Of a DNA stretch of 64,000 bases, positions 17,901 through 28,502 are shown piece after piece (position 1 is the first letter of the stretch; each line of letters begins with the position of its first letter). The notes under the pieces are model-generated. The model did no database searches. It saw only the letters and a list, made by a program, of their open reading frames with translations, and was not told the DNA's origin. Source of the DNA: Flavobacteriales bacterium (lineage in GTDB: Bacteria > Bacteroidota > Bacteroidia > Palsa-965); assembly GCA_040377305.1 (NCBI GenBank), contig JBEIPA010000006.1:64001-128000 (forward strand). Reading direction: 5' to 3'. Both the position numbers and the translations under genes were made by a program.

Positions 17901-20900
17901 CTGCGTGCAGCATCATCGTTTGCAGAATATGTTCCGGGAGGAGTAACTGAAAGCGGAATCTCGTACTCGTAATAGTTCTCCGTCTGATCTGAACCAATCC
18001 GGATGAATGCACTCACATCTCCGTCGTTCAAAGGTTGGTTAGAACCTGCGCGTTGCTCAGCGTGAACAAACATGCGGATCTTTCCATAAGAACGTACATC
18101 CATATTGCTCACGGTCTTAAATGCAGCACGTGAATCGCCGTCTTCAAGATCGCACACTTTCATAGAAAGCGACTGCTCATTCAAACGAACAAGTGTTGCG
18201 CTCTGAACGTTCTGCTCGCGATCAATTCCCGGAGGCAACACATAATTGATAGGCGTACGGTTTCCGTTTTCTTCGATGTTGATTGCTGCAATTTCGAATT
18301 CTGTGTCCGACTGATCGTTGCTGATATACTCACCCGGATATAACAGTGAATACTGATACTTTCTCCAGTCAGAACGAACAAATTCAAGACGCGCGAAACG
18401 GCAAGTCACCGGATTATCGGCACCACGAATACCAAGACGAATGAAACGAATCGAGTTGAAGTTTTCGATGTTTCCAACTTTCGCGCTGTATGAACGAACA
18501 GGAACACGGAACTGATACCACACGATTTCACGTGAACGTCCGTCTTTAGTAGTAACGTTCGTAACATACGCGTCCGTGATATAGTTGTTACCAACGTTGT
18601 TACGGTTGATATTCGTCGGATCAAGCTTGATACGATACTCGTAATAACTTTCGTTTTCGTTAAGCGTGTTATCGCGGTTGATGTCTTCCTGGTTTGGAAG
18701 CGTGGTCGATTGTGTTGGATAATCTTCAGAGAATCCATCGTCGTTCGCTTGTCCGTTTGCAGGAGAGTTTCCATCAGGGCCGTTGAACATTTTATAACGC
18801 TCCAGAATTGGCTTCTGCTGGTTATCGTAATCGGATCCACGGTAGTAGTGATAGTTGTCGGCTGCAGGATCTTTCACAGCATTATTATAGGCATCTGCTA
18901 ATGGGAATCCCGCGTTTGCAATTCCCTCCATATAATCCTTAAAGAAAGAAGCTTCATCGTCGTCACCCAATCCATCGAGACCAACGTCTTGCAATGGGCG
19001 CGCCTGTTCGTCATTGTCGAATGCGTTTACGATTGACTGCACAACCGGAACACGTCCCCACTCTGTTGTATCAATCAAAGAGAAATCTCCGTTTCCGGGA
19101 ATTCCATTCTCGAATGAGTTCCGAGAATCTTTCAGCACATCTTCCGAAATGTTTCCGATGTGAATGAAAAGTTCACCCGCGGTTGTTTGCTGGTTAGCCG
19201 GAACGTCTTCGTTGAACGGATCCATCATCCAGAACTGAATGTATTCAATGTTTGCTGCTTCGAAATCGTTGGTCTCAATACGACGTTGTATTCCACCCCA
19301 ACGTGATGCAGGATCAGCTAGTAAACCGTTTCCAGTAGGATCAAGACCAGCTGATACAGCAGTTGGCAACACGTCGAAGTTGTACGGTCCGCGCTCGCTC
19401 GGATAGAAAGAAATATCGAGCATAGAAATGTTCATCGGCTGACCGCTTGGAGGCTGTCTATTCGGGAACACTTCCGTTTCGAGTACTTCACGTACCAGGT
19501 GATTCGATTGATCAGCCAAAGTAACGTGACTCGGTTTTAAGTTGTTATCGGGACGTAAGAACAACGGATCGATTACGTACCAGGCGAACTTCGCACGATT
19601 GATTCCAGGATATAAGCTGTCTTCAATCGCTTCCGGCCAACGGCTAGGTTGTAATTGCGGAACAGATGCAAGCGACCAGCTTTGTGGTGAACGAATATCA
19701 ATCGCAGACTGCGTTCCTTCGAAGTCATCGATATACGAGTTACCGTTTTTACCAATGGCTTTGTTGTGCCCAGGAACGAGATATGCGAATTCACCTTGTG
19801 CCGTAATTGATGAAGGAGCTTTTGTACTGATCAACGGAAGTCGATCGACCATTCGCGTGAGGAAAGGTGCTTCAGTCCGGTAATTCAGATCGAGTCCCCA
19901 GATCGTATTGCTCATTGGCTCGTCACCAATGTTGATCTTTTGTGTGATCGGACGCTCGGTCAGATTCATTACGGTACCACCTACATTGAAGTCGCGGTTC
20001 ACCCGATAGTTCAAATGCGTCCCCCACAAAGTCTTCGACTGAATATTGAAGAGTGAGTTACTCTCCAGCGAGATCTTGATTGGTACTCCTGAATTCAAGA
20101 CACTTTCGTTGATGATTCGCACACGACCAAGCGTGTAGTCAACGGTATAATCCACGTTCTCCTGAAGTGGCGCACCACCTGCAGTTACAGTTACAGAACC
20201 TGCGGGAACGTTTACCGCGTTGAGTGAAATGTCGGAATTGGACGAAGACTTGTACGTGCCTTTGAGCTTGAATCGGTTCTTCCCGGCAAAGGTTGTAGAC
20301 GCGACCGTTTTAGTGGAGTCGTAAAGCTGCGGATAACCGTACTTCAAATACAACTGTGATTGGTTCGGATCACCTGCGAACTTAGAGTTCAGATATTCAC
20401 CGAACGGTTGCGTCACAGGGAATATGACTCGTCCGTTGTTAGAATAAATCGTTATTCGATCAATGAAGTCAAACGCTCCATCGGGTGTAGGTTGTAATTG
20501 TTGATTTAGTTTATCTAATCCCATTACCTGAATGAGCGGAACAGAACCGATTGGTCCCTCCGGAATAAATGGAATATCTGTTCCTGTTGATGGGTTGTTG
20601 TACCAAACCTGCAATACGAAATCCTGTGGGTTCACCTGATACGCACCAATAGAATAGATGTTTTTCATCATCAGATCCCACGTGCGATAAGGAACGCCTT
20701 GTCTGATTTTCGGAACGTTGTTCGTACTCTTTAGCAATTTCACGAAGAGCGCTTCCTGTCCCTGAATACCATCTGTAGAGAATTCACCAACCTGATAAAC
20801 TTGACCGTTCACCGTATACTGGAATGCGACAGCTACAACTTCATCGTAGTTGAGCGCCTGGTTCAGGGAAACGAAACCGAGACGTTCATTCAGGGAGTAT

Positions 20901-22258
20901 TCGGTTGGAAGAAGTTTACGTGCGTTGTTAACCTTTTCGTAATTGACTGCCTGAAGGAAGGTATCCGAAACTGTGAGTGCGCTAAAAGTTTGACTCAATG
21001 GAATCGATGGATTGCGAGCGTCTTCGTAAAGGTTAGTCAGATTCGCATACAAATCGTTGAGTTCATTGTCCGGATACGGTGAACGTGTATTGTCAACTTC
21101 TATCCAATTTGATCCTTGTCTCTCCAGTGAATCTTCACCGATATCGGTAAACGCCACAATGTTACGTGTGTTATCCACTACACCTGTTCTGTTCGTCACC
21201 CACACTTCCACACGCGTGATCTGCACTCCCGAATTAATCACAGGCAAAGTTGCCATCGCCTGATCGTAGTGATTGAAGAAGTACTGCGACAGGAAGAAGT
21301 GTTTGTTGGCTTCGTAGTTGTCGCCATTCACTTCGTAATTCGTGACCTGCGCACCACCGGTTACGTTTACTTCTGATTTCTTACCACGTTGCTGTGAGGC
21401 AATGCTCGTCACGGTAAGACGTCCAAACTGGAGTTCGGTTTTAATACCGAAAAGCGTTTGCGAACCGGTGATGAGCGATGAGTTCAGTCCGAACGTTACG
21501 TTACCCGCTTCGATTTTCTTGATGATCTCATCCTCGAAACCAGTGTATTCTAATTTCATCTGGTTCTCGAATTCGAAAGTCGACTCGGTATTGTAGTTTG
21601 TGGTCAGCTTCAGTTTCTCACCGATCTTACCAACTACGTTGAGCTGAATTTTCTCATCGAACTCAAACGTGGCAATGCGTCGCTGACGTTCAGGCAATGC
21701 AGGATTGTCTGTACGGTTTACGTTCACACCAAAAATCAATTCGGCAGAACCTTGCGGACGAATGTCGATTGTTCCACCACCGAAAATGCGGTCGAACTTT
21801 TCGCTGTTGATTTTAATTGGTGGAATGAGTCCTTTGTCTCCACGACCTTGTGCCTGACTTTCTGCCTGCACACGTTGTTTCCAGTAATCGTCAACCGATT
21901 TCTGCATGTCGTAGTAAACGTATTCCTCCATCGTCATGTACATCGGTGGACGGTATTGAACGCCACCCATGGTTTGTGTAAGCACGTAGATGTTGGAATC
22001 GGGGTCATAAGTAACAGTAGTCTTGATGTTCGCCGGATCATTCAGCGATAGATTACTGTTATTATCGAAGTAGAACGGATCGAGTGCGCTTTGATCCTCG
22101 AAAGGATAAGGCAGATCGCAAGTATCGCATGCCGGGCTATCTGTTCCGCCGACCAATCCGCGGTTACCGATAGCAACACGTGCATCGCTTTTCATCACCA
22201 TGGCGAGGAGAGAAACGGATGCGGCAGCTGCAATTGTATATTTAAAGAATGCGTTCAA
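14957..22258 (-). CDS. sprA: Type IX secretion system outer-membrane translocon SprA/Sov
   Basis: 2433 aa; FDRIFGG..IDIRPQGS, KLEYTG.EDEIIKKIEAGNV, YIDDFEG, EVWFNELRL; ruvA-sprA-gcvH synteny. Confidence 0.96.
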   Translation of the reverse strand: MNAFFKYTIAAAASVSLLAMVMKSDARVAIGNRGLVGGTDSPACDTCDLPYPFEDQSALDPFYFDNNSNLSLNDPANIKTTVTYDPDSNIYVLTQTMGGVQYRPPMYMTMEEYVYYDMQKSVDDYWKQRVQAESQAQGRGDKGLIPPIKINSEKFDRIFGGGTIDIRPQGSAELIFGVNVNRTDNPALPERQRRIATFEFDEKIQLNVVGKIGEKLKLTTNYNTESTFEFENQMKLEYTGFEDEIIKKIEAGNVTFGLNSSLITGSQTLFGIKTELQFGRLTVTSIASQQRGKKSEVNVTGGAQVTNYEVNGDNYEANKHFFLSQYFFNHYDQAMATLPVINSGVQITRVEVWVTNRTGVVDNTRNIVAFTDIGEDSLERQGSNWIEVDNTRSPYPDNELNDLYANLTNLYEDARNPSIPLSQTFSALTVSDTFLQAVNYEKVNNARKLLPTEYSLNERLGFVSLNQALNYDEVVAVAFQYTVNGQVYQVGEFSTDGIQGQEALFVKLLKSTNNVPKIRQGVPYRTWDLMMKNIYSIGAYQVNPQDFVLQVWYNNPSTGTDIPFIPEGPIGSVPLIQVMGLDKLNQQLQPTPDGAFDFIDRITIYSNNGRVIFPVTQPFGEYLNSKFAGDPNQSQLYLKYGYPQLYDSTKTVASTTFAGKNRFKLKGTYKSSSNSDISLNAVNVPAGSVTVTAGGAPLQENVDYTVDYTLGRVRIINESVLNSGVPIKISLESNSLFNIQSKTLWGTHLNYRVNRDFNVGGTVMNLTERPITQKINIGDEPMSNTIWGLDLNYRTEAPFLTRMVDRLPLISTKAPSSITAQGEFAYLVPGHNKAIGKNGNSYIDDFEGTQSAIDIRSPQSWSLASVPQLQPSRWPEAIEDSLYPGINRAKFAWYVIDPLFLRPDNNLKPSHVTLADQSNHLVREVLETEVFPNRQPPSGQPMNISMLDISFYPSERGPYNFDVLPTAVSAGLDPTGNGLLADPASRWGGIQRRIETNDFEAANIEYIQFWMMDPFNEDVPANQQTTAGELFIHIGNISEDVLKDSRNSFENGIPGNGDFSLIDTTEWGRVPVVQSIVNAFDNDEQARPLQDVGLDGLGDDDEASFFKDYMEGIANAGFPLADAYNNAVKDPAADNYHYYRGSDYDNQQKPILERYKMFNGPDGNSPANGQANDDGFSEDYPTQSTTLPNQEDINRDNTLNENESYYEYRIKLDPTNINRNNVGNNYITDAYVTNVTTKDGRSREIVWYQFRVPVRSYSAKVGNIENFNSIRFIRLGIRGADNPVTCRFARLEFVRSDWRKYQYSLLYPGEYISNDQSDTEFEIAAINIEENGNRTPINYVLPPGIDREQNVQSATLVRLNEQSLSMKVCDLEDGDSRAAFKTVSNMDVRSYGKIRMFVHAEQRAGSNQPLNDGDVSAFIRIGSDQTENYYEYEIPLSVTPPGTYSANDDAARRQVWPDANTMELSFELLQYAKQQRNIAIANGTASLTAEYSVVDPDHPERRVTVKGNPNLASIKVFMLGIRNPKMTSANQGSDDGLSKCAEVWFNELRLTDFNEDGGWAATARVTAKLADFGIVNLSGNMATPGFGSIEKKVSDRLREKQMNYDVSTQLELGRFFPEKTGIRLPLFWGYGETFITPQFNPLDPDILLAPVLSNEDLGDNARDSIRGATVDYTRRKSLNFTNVHKEKAKGGKSNIWDISNFTASYAYTEVYRHNVNIEYSSAKNHRGGLTWSYQPQMKPWKPFEKKKWAKGKWMTIMREFQLAPLPASMGASMDLNRTFSEMKQRNITGYNDIFTPTNFNKNFVWNRNYDIRWDITKNLKFDFSADNMAQVLEPYGKIDTPEKQDTLISNIRGFGTTMTYHHQSNFSYTVPINKIPVFDWITANARYQTGYTWTRGPLAADSIGNSIGNNAQWTLTGQLNMVTLYNKIPYLKKVNNKKIGAQPAPKPNAPKDTTKKDNDQYEIVEYIARAVMTLRTVSVNYSNNSTLALPGYKPRTQLLGFDEKFSAPGLGFLFGKQQHFGPNKDQDFPLYAEANGWLVQEQSIYVPYTRGNTQNLTGRAALEPFPDVKIELNISKTNSLNRSEFYRWDETINEFLRQSTTETGSYSVSIITWNTAFKGDDKDHNSPVFEQFLNNRAVVSGRMGVESPYSTGINTDGFADGYSRVSQDVLIPAFLAAYTGKNAANQPVGQKGVFPAMPLPNWRITYDGLTKIPKIRKFFKTVTFGHTYRSTYSVSGFLTNLNHSDGDQDGFTEARNVSLDFESKYQIGSVQISEQFTPMISIDVVWAGKRNFSTKFEFKKDRTLSLSLANTQLTEVSGKEYVFGMGYRIPQLELKFFKKFMGGKISIPKSDLNLRADVSFRNNQTVIRKSVEEINVLTAGQNILSIKTSADYQMTDKLIVRFFCDRVMTNPLVSSSFKTANTNAGLSLRFLLQ

Positions 22259-22269
22259 GTTCTATTTTT

Positions 22270-22857
22270 TCAGAGGTTTTTTAGTGCAAGCTTAATTAGA
22301 TGTTCAACGGAAACCACATTACCCTCTGATTTCAATGATTTATCAATTGCTCTTTCAGCCATGTTGCGTGCAAAGCCGAGTGCGACCAGCGCTGATAACG
22401 CTTCATCGCGGAGCTTATTGTCTGCAGCAGAAAATTGTAAGGGGCTGATTGAAATATCTTTCCCGAATTTTCCTTTGAGATCAACAATAATCCGCTGTGC
22501 CGATTTCTCTCCAATGCCTTTGATGGATTTCAAAGCTGTTACATTACCTGAATGAATTGCTGTTACTACTTCTGCAGGAGTCATTGATGACAAGATCATC
22601 CGTGCAGTGCCGGCACCAACACCGGAAACTGATATTAACTGGCGAAATACTTCGCGCTCTTCGTCGTCTGCAAAACCGTACAGCACCATGGCGTCTTCCC
22701 TTACGGCAAGATGGCTCAGTAAACGAAAGCTTCCCGAATCCGGGATTTTAGAATATGTGTTGAGAGAAATGTTGAGTAAATACCCTACACCGGCACAATC
22801 GATAACTGCGTACGTTGGGGTCTTCACGGATACTTTTCCTTCGAAATGATTAAACAT
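22270..22857 (-). CDS. ruvA: Holliday junction branch migration protein RuvA
   Basis: GVGY, VREDA..LYGF, LISVSGVG, IKGIGEKSAQRI, ALVALGF. Confidence 0.96.
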   Translation of the reverse strand: MFNHFEGKVSVKTPTYAVIDCAGVGYLLNISLNTYSKIPDSGSFRLLSHLAVREDAMVLYGFADDEEREVFRQLISVSGVGAGTARMILSSMTPAEVVTAIHSGNVTALKSIKGIGEKSAQRIIVDLKGKFGKDISISPLQFSAADNKLRDEALSALVALGFARNMAERAIDKSLKSEGNVVSVEHLIKLALKNL

Positions 22858-22860
22858 ACT

Positions 22861-25134
22861 CTACTGCTTTCTTGACTGTGCATCCATAACGGCAATCGTA
22901 ACCATATTCACGATTTCACGGACAGAACTTCCTAGCTGAAGAATATGTACTGGTTTCTTCAAACCGAGAAGGATCGGACCAATTGCTTCTGCTCTTCCAA
23001 GCTCCTGCATCATTTTGTAAGCGATGTTTCCGGAAGCGAGATTCGGGAAGATGAGTGTATTCACTTTCTTTCCGACAAGTTCGCTGAACGGGAACACTTC
23101 TTTGAGGAGCTCGTTGTTCAGTGCAAAATTTGCCTGCAAGTCACCGTCAACGATCAGTCCGGGATAATCCCTGTGCAAAATGGCTGTGGCCTCCTGTACT
23201 TTCTGAGGCAACGGACCATCGGCTGAACCGAAGTTGGTGTACGATAACAATGCAATGCGTGGCACGATGTTAAATTGTCTGACCGCCTGTGCTGTGAGGA
23301 CCGTAATGTCAACCAGTTCCTGGGCAGTGGGTTCCACATTCATAGTCGTGTCGGCAAAGAAAAAGTTGCCTTGTTTTGTCGAAATCATGTACATCCCGGC
23401 CACTTTATTCACGCCGTCCTGAACACCAATACACTGCAATGCGGGTTTGATCGGAACACCGTACTTGCGGGTGAGTCCGGAGATCATTGTATCAGCCATT
23501 CCGGTTTCAACCATCATAGCTCCGAAGTAATTCCGGTCCTGCATGAGCTTCTTAGCCTCATACTGGGTTAAACCACGACGTTTCCGCTTTTGATACAGCA
23601 TTTCACTGAAGCGGTAACGGTTTTCATCGTGTTCTGCACTGCGTGGATCAATGATCGGAACATCAGTCATATCGAGGTTGTGTTCCTCCACCAGACGATT
23701 GATCTTGTTCACATCACCGAGCAATATTGGTTTGCAGATGCCGTCGTCTTTCACAACCTGCACTGCTTTGAGAATCTTGTAAGTATCTGCTTCAGCAAAA
23801 ACTACACGCTTCGGATTCTGGCGTGCCTTCGAAGCGACAGTACGCATGAGCTTGTTGTCGAGACCAAGACGATTGTTCAGCTCTGTTTTGTACGCGTCCC
23901 AGTCCGTAATGTGTTTCTTCGCAACTCCCGAATCCATTGCAGCTTTCGCCACTGCGGGAGCAACGGTTGAAATTAGTCGTCCGTCAATTGGTTTAGGAAT
24001 GATGTATCCCGGACCGAAACTGAGACCACGCGTGTCGTAAGCGAGATTCACATCATCCGGAACTGGTTCCTTCGTGAGATTTGCAATCGCATATGCTGCA
24101 GCAAGCTTCATTTCTTCATTGATAGTCGTTGCCCGAACATCAAGCGCCCCACGGAAAATGAATGGGAATCCGAGTACGTTGTTCACCTGGTTAGGATGAT
24201 CTGAACGACCGGTTGCCATGATGATGTCCTTCCGCGCGCCCATGGCCATGTCGTATGGAATTTCCGGATCAGGATTCGCCAGTGCAAATACGATCGGACG
24301 TTTAGCCATAGACTGAACCATTTCAGCAGTGACGATATTTCCTTTGGAAAGTCCAACGAAAACGTCAGCGTCTTTCATCGCATCTGCTAGTGTTACGCGT
24401 TTGTCTTTTTTGCGAGCGAAATGTCTTTTGTTCTCGTCGAGATCATCCCGGTCATCGGTCAATATTCCTTTGCTGTCGAGCATCGTGATATTGTCTTTCT
24501 TCACACCAACCGCCATGTACATCTTTGCACAGGAATTAGCCGATGCGCCGGCACCATTTACAACAAGCTTTACTTTTTCAATTTTCTTCCCTGCGATTTC
24601 GCAAGCGTTGATCAATGCAGCAGTAGAAATAATTGCAGTTCCGTGCTGATCATCGTGCATCAATGGAATGTCGAGTTCTTCTTTGAGACGACGCTCAATT
24701 TCGAAACACTCCGGCGCCTTGATGTCTTCGAGATTTATACCGCCAAAAGTGGGTGCAATTGCTTTTACAGTTTGTACGATTACGTCAATGTCGTTCGAAT
24801 CAATTTCAATATCGAACACATCGATGTCGGCGTAGATCTTGAAGAGCATTCCCTTTCCTTCCATCACCGGCTTTGAAGCCAGCGGCCCGATGTTTCCAAG
24901 ACCGAGGACAGCTGTTCCGTTGGAGATAACGGCCACGAGATTTCCTTTCGCTGTGTACTTGTACACGTCTTCGGGATTTTTCTCGATGTCGAGACATGGA
25001 TCAGCAACACCTGGAGAATACGCAAGCGTCAAATCACGTTGTGAACTGTAAGGCTTGGTAGGAACAACCTCAATCTTACCCGGACGGCCCTGAGAGTGAT
25101 AATCAAGGGCTTCCTGCTTTCTATATTTGGCCAT
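22861..25134 (-). CDS. maeB: NADP-dependent malic enzyme with PTA-like C-terminal domain
   Basis: [46 protein letters not shown]; C-terminal FPNL.SGNI.YK. Confidence 0.96.
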   Translation of the reverse strand: MAKYRKQEALDYHSQGRPGKIEVVPTKPYSSQRDLTLAYSPGVADPCLDIEKNPEDVYKYTAKGNLVAVISNGTAVLGLGNIGPLASKPVMEGKGMLFKIYADIDVFDIEIDSNDIDVIVQTVKAIAPTFGGINLEDIKAPECFEIERRLKEELDIPLMHDDQHGTAIISTAALINACEIAGKKIEKVKLVVNGAGASANSCAKMYMAVGVKKDNITMLDSKGILTDDRDDLDENKRHFARKKDKRVTLADAMKDADVFVGLSKGNIVTAEMVQSMAKRPIVFALANPDPEIPYDMAMGARKDIIMATGRSDHPNQVNNVLGFPFIFRGALDVRATTINEEMKLAAAYAIANLTKEPVPDDVNLAYDTRGLSFGPGYIIPKPIDGRLISTVAPAVAKAAMDSGVAKKHITDWDAYKTELNNRLGLDNKLMRTVASKARQNPKRVVFAEADTYKILKAVQVVKDDGICKPILLGDVNKINRLVEEHNLDMTDVPIIDPRSAEHDENRYRFSEMLYQKRKRRGLTQYEAKKLMQDRNYFGAMMVETGMADTMISGLTRKYGVPIKPALQCIGVQDGVNKVAGMYMISTKQGNFFFADTTMNVEPTAQELVDITVLTAQAVRQFNIVPRIALLSYTNFGSADGPLPQKVQEATAILHRDYPGLIVDGDLQANFALNNELLKEVFPFSELVGKKVNTLIFPNLASGNIAYKMMQELGRAEAIGPILLGLKKPVHILQLGSSVREIVNMVTIAVMDAQSRKQ

Positions 25135-25247
25135 AATCTATCTACTGAATTCCCGCCGTTTTGCTAAAAAAAGCGGAATTGCGAAGGTAAGGAAAAGGAT
25201 CGCTTTTGAGACCACTATTTGCCATTATAATCACCTGATAGTCTGCA

Positions 25248-25366
25248 GGTTGCCTGCGGCGCTTACCACGGCGGCACAGCGAAACGGCGAAAGTGTTTAT
25301 CGTGCTAAGCCCAACCGGAGGTCACGGAGAGTTGGTTGCAATGTACGCCGTGGTAAGCGCCGCAGG
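25248..25366. repeat. Inverted-repeat-bounded element (21-bp perfect arms), related to 41320-41510
   Basis: cctgcggcgcttaccacggcg (25253-25273) / cgccgtggtaagcgccgcagg (25346-25366); shares ggttgcctgcggcgcttac with 41320. Confidence 0.8.
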
Positions 25367-25441
25367 TACATCTCGACTTAACCTTAGTGAGACAATCATA
25401 GGCAAATCTCAAAACATGTAAACACCGTATCTTCGACTCAC

Positions 25442-26140
25442 ATGGCACGCAAACACATCGTAGTATTTTCCGGAGCAGGCATCAGCGCTGAAAGTGGTAT
25501 TTCTACTTTCCGCGACAATGGTGGTTTGTGGGACAAGTACGACATTAAAGAAGTTGCGACGCCGGAGGCGTGGAGAAACAATCCGAAGCTGGTGCTGGAG
25601 TTTTACAACGACCGACGTAAACAGGTAATTGAAGCAACACCAAACGCGGCACATAAAGCGATTGTTGAGCTGGAGAAAAAATTTGATGTAACTGTCATCA
25701 CACAAAACGTCGACGATCTCCACGAGCGTGCCGGATCGAAAAAAGTGATTCACCTCCACGGAGAAATCCGGAAATCGAGAAGCACTTACGATCCGAAACT
25801 TGTTTACACCATCAAAGGTTGGGAGTTAAATCCTGGTGATCGTTGCGAACAAGGATCGCAATTACGTCCGCACATTGTTTGGTTTGGAGAAATGGTTCCG
25901 GAGATGGAACGCGCACAAGAAATGGCTTCCACCGCTGATGTTCTGATCACAGTTGGAACTTCATTGAACGTTTATCCTGCTGCTGGATTAGTTCACGTTG
26001 CTCCGAAAACAAGTAAGTTGTTTGTGATTGATCCGAATGAAGTTCCGCTCGAAGGATTAGACAATCTCACATTCTACAAGGAGAAAGCCGGTGACGCAAT
26101 GCCACGCGTTGTGAAAGCACTGCTTGAATCTGAAATCTGA
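25442..26140 (+). CDS. cobB: Sir2-family NAD-dependent protein deacylase
   Basis: GAGISAESGI.TFR, FYNDRR, TQNVDDLHERAG, HLHG, LRPHIVWFGE, GTSLNVYPAA. Confidence 0.93.
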   Translation: MARKHIVVFSGAGISAESGISTFRDNGGLWDKYDIKEVATPEAWRNNPKLVLEFYNDRRKQVIEATPNAAHKAIVELEKKFDVTVITQNVDDLHERAGSKKVIHLHGEIRKSRSTYDPKLVYTIKGWELNPGDRCEQGSQLRPHIVWFGEMVPEMERAQEMASTADVLITVGTSLNVYPAAGLVHVAPKTSKLFVIDPNEVPLEGLDNLTFYKEKAGDAMPRVVKALLESEI

Positions 26141-26156
26141 AAAAATATTCGTCAAC

Positions 26157-26191
26157 GAAAAAGTCCCGTCGATATTTCTACGGGACTTTTC
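26157..26191. terminator. Bidirectional terminator between convergent genes
   Basis: aaaagtcccgt...acgggactttt. Confidence 0.75.
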
Positions 26192-26213
26192 AGTGTATTT
26201 GGTTTGCGAAATA

Positions 26214-26963
26214 TTATTGCACAACAATCTTTCTGCGGGCGGCCATTCCGTTTTCATCCGTAAGGGAAAGCATGTAAACGCCTTTCGCCCACGAAGAAGT
26301 TTCTATGTTGAGAATTCCGTTTTGAGGAGCAAGGCTTAGCGTGTAAACCACTTTACCTGTAAGATCTGTTACGTTAACAGTTCCACCGATATTATCTGCA
26401 AAGCTGTATGCAACCGAGAAATTATTCGTTGCCGGATTCGGATATGGCTCACCCAAAATTGCATTGTGCGATTCAGCAATTCCAACCGGTGTAACATTGT
26501 AACGCAGATGAAGAACAGCTGTATCGTTTGGGTTGTTTACATCATAAAACTTGTAGCGGACGATTGTTATCCCGAATGTTGAACCAGCAGAGAAGTCGCA
26601 CAATAGTTGATTAAACGAAGAACTATCGGTGATGAAATTTCCCGACACTGTCGTATTCGGAATATAACACTGGCTCTGCAGGTCTGCCGGATCTGCATTG
26701 TGATAAACACAGAACCAGGTAGCTGCCGTGGCTGTAATTACAGTGTTCGTTTTCTGAACCTTATACGTTACAGTAGATCCGCTGGTGTTGATGTGATCGA
26801 AATGCGTTTGATGCGACCCATTTGCAGGCACCCAATAGTCAATCGTGTCTCCCGTTACATTGTTACCATTCGGGTCTTCGTAATGGCTCTGTGCAAACGC
26901 GGTCGAAACCAAAAAAGCGGAACTCAGTACGAGCGCCGCTTTTAAAATAGTATTTGTGATCAT
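26214..26963 (-). CDS. T9SS type A sorting-domain protein (paralog of the adjacent gene)
   Basis: Signal peptide ending AFAQ; CTD YPNPA...DLTGK...KGVYML...RKIVVQ; WFC...CY pair; ATG at 26963. Confidence 0.88.
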   Translation of the reverse strand: MITNTILKAALVLSSAFLVSTAFAQSHYEDPNGNNVTGDTIDYWVPANGSHQTHFDHINTSGSTVTYKVQKTNTVITATAATWFCVYHNADPADLQSQCYIPNTTVSGNFITDSSSFNQLLCDFSAGSTFGITIVRYKFYDVNNPNDTAVLHLRYNVTPVGIAESHNAILGEPYPNPATNNFSVAYSFADNIGGTVNVTDLTGKVVYTLSLAPQNGILNIETSSWAKGVYMLSLTDENGMAARRKIVVQ

Positions 26964-26967
26964 CGTT

Positions 26968-27705
26968 TTAGTGCGACACAATCAGTCGTTTAGTAGAAAG
27001 CTGTTTGCCATCAACTTCAAGTGCAGTGAAATAAACACCGTTACCAAGTGTAGAAACATCCATACGGAAAGTTCCTTCTGCATCAACAAGTGTTTCTGTT
27101 CTTACAGCTTCACCAAGCATGTTGTAGATTACCATTTTAGCAACACCTTGACCATAAGAAGTGCCCAGATTGTAGTTCATATTAACTACAGACGCGGCTG
27201 GATTTGGCATTGGTGAACCAATGTTCGCTTTCACAGTTGAGTGCGTTCCGATTCCTGTTGGAGAAACGTGGTACTCAATGAAGAAGTAAACTGAATCAGA
27301 TGGATTTGCTGTATTGAATATTGAGTAGCGAACAATAGAAGTTCCAGTTGTGTTGTCCGGAGTAAAATCCGTCACCAAAAGGAATTGTCCTCCTGAGTTA
27401 ACTGTTACGTTTCCGGAAACTACTGTGCTTGGCGTATAGCAAAGTTGATCTGTACAGAAATAAAACACGCTGTTTGGCGACGCTTGTGACTGTATAGCCT
27501 TACGAACTTTTACCGTAACACTTGATCCGGTTGTGTTGTGCACATCGAAATCATGCGTTTCAAGGGCAGTAGCCTGGTCAACGAAATACACAAGTGTTGA
27601 TCCGTTCGCAATTCCACCTTGAGTTGCGTGAGTAATAGAAAGGCTTTGAGCAGAAAGTCCTGCAGCAAACAAAGTTGTAACAGATGCGAGTAATAGTTTT
27701 TTCAT
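26968..27705 (-). CDS. T9SS type A sorting-domain protein
   Basis: MKKLLL..LSAQ; CTD PNPA...YNMLGE...NGVYF...KRLIV; YFCTDQLCY pair; ATG at 27705. Confidence 0.9.
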   Translation of the reverse strand: MKKLLLASVTTLFAAGLSAQSLSITHATQGGIANGSTLVYFVDQATALETHDFDVHNTTGSSVTVKVRKAIQSQASPNSVFYFCTDQLCYTPSTVVSGNVTVNSGGQFLLVTDFTPDNTTGTSIVRYSIFNTANPSDSVYFFIEYHVSPTGIGTHSTVKANIGSPMPNPAASVVNMNYNLGTSYGQGVAKMVIYNMLGEAVRTETLVDAEGTFRMDVSTLGNGVYFTALEVDGKQLSTKRLIVSH

Positions 27706-27938
27706 GATCCTTGTTATTATGTGTATTGGAGCTATTACAAACATAATCAATCGGAAACGTATTTCAATGCCCACTTGTCGTTCCGTTCCTGCCGTTTGTC
27801 AATCTTGAGCAAGTATTGGTCAAAAACGCCGCATTAAAGGGTTCCGATTATGGCTTGGTTTTTGGTTCTCATTGCTCGCTAATCACTAATTTAGAGCCGC
27901 TCTCCGAAGGAGTCCGACGGACCAGTAAACCAACTATT

Positions 27939-28478
27939 ATGAAAAAGCTATTTACCATTCCACTTGCAGCAATGTTCTTCCTTTTTACAGCATTTACGCT
28001 GAAACAGGATACACCTGCACAGAAACTCGCATCGGTTGATGTAAAAGGTCTTGACGGAAAAATCATCAACACCAGCGCGTTCAGCAATGGTGGCAAACCA
28101 ATCGTGGTATCGTTCTGGGCGACCTGGTGTGCTCCATGTAAAAAAGAACTCAACGAAATTGCTGAAGTGTATGAAGAGTGGCAGAAGGAAACCGGCGTGA
28201 AGGTAATCGCTGTCTCTATCGATGATTCGCGCAACTCTCCGAAAGTGAAACCTTACGTTGAACAACAAGAGTGGACGTATGAAATTTATCTCGACGAGAA
28301 TCAGGATTTCAAACGCGCTATGAACGTAAACAACGTGCCTCACACATTTGTTCTTAATGCGAACAATGAAGTAACGTGGCAAACGAACGTGTACAATCCG
28401 AATGGTGGTGTAGAAGCAATTTATGCGGCTGTAAAAGCAGCTATGCCAACCTCGACTCCTACCCCGGAGAATAAGTAA
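27939..28478 (+). CDS. TlpA/ResA-family thiol-disulfide oxidoreductase (exported)
   Basis: FWATWCAPCKKE, cis-Pro VPHT; N-terminal signal; ATG at 27939. Confidence 0.92.
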   Translation: MKKLFTIPLAAMFFLFTAFTLKQDTPAQKLASVDVKGLDGKIINTSAFSNGGKPIVVSFWATWCAPCKKELNEIAEVYEEWQKETGVKVIAVSIDDSRNSPKVKPYVEQQEWTYEIYLDENQDFKRAMNVNNVPHTFVLNANNEVTWQTNVYNPNGGVEAIYAAVKAAMPTSTPTPENK

Positions 28479-28502
28479 TCGCACTTTTAAAAACGCTGAT
28501 TA

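Noticed and set aside
25127-25381. 84-aa ORF in the maeB/cobB spacer
   Set aside because: It is a translation of the inverted-repeat element, Arg-rich and without motifs.
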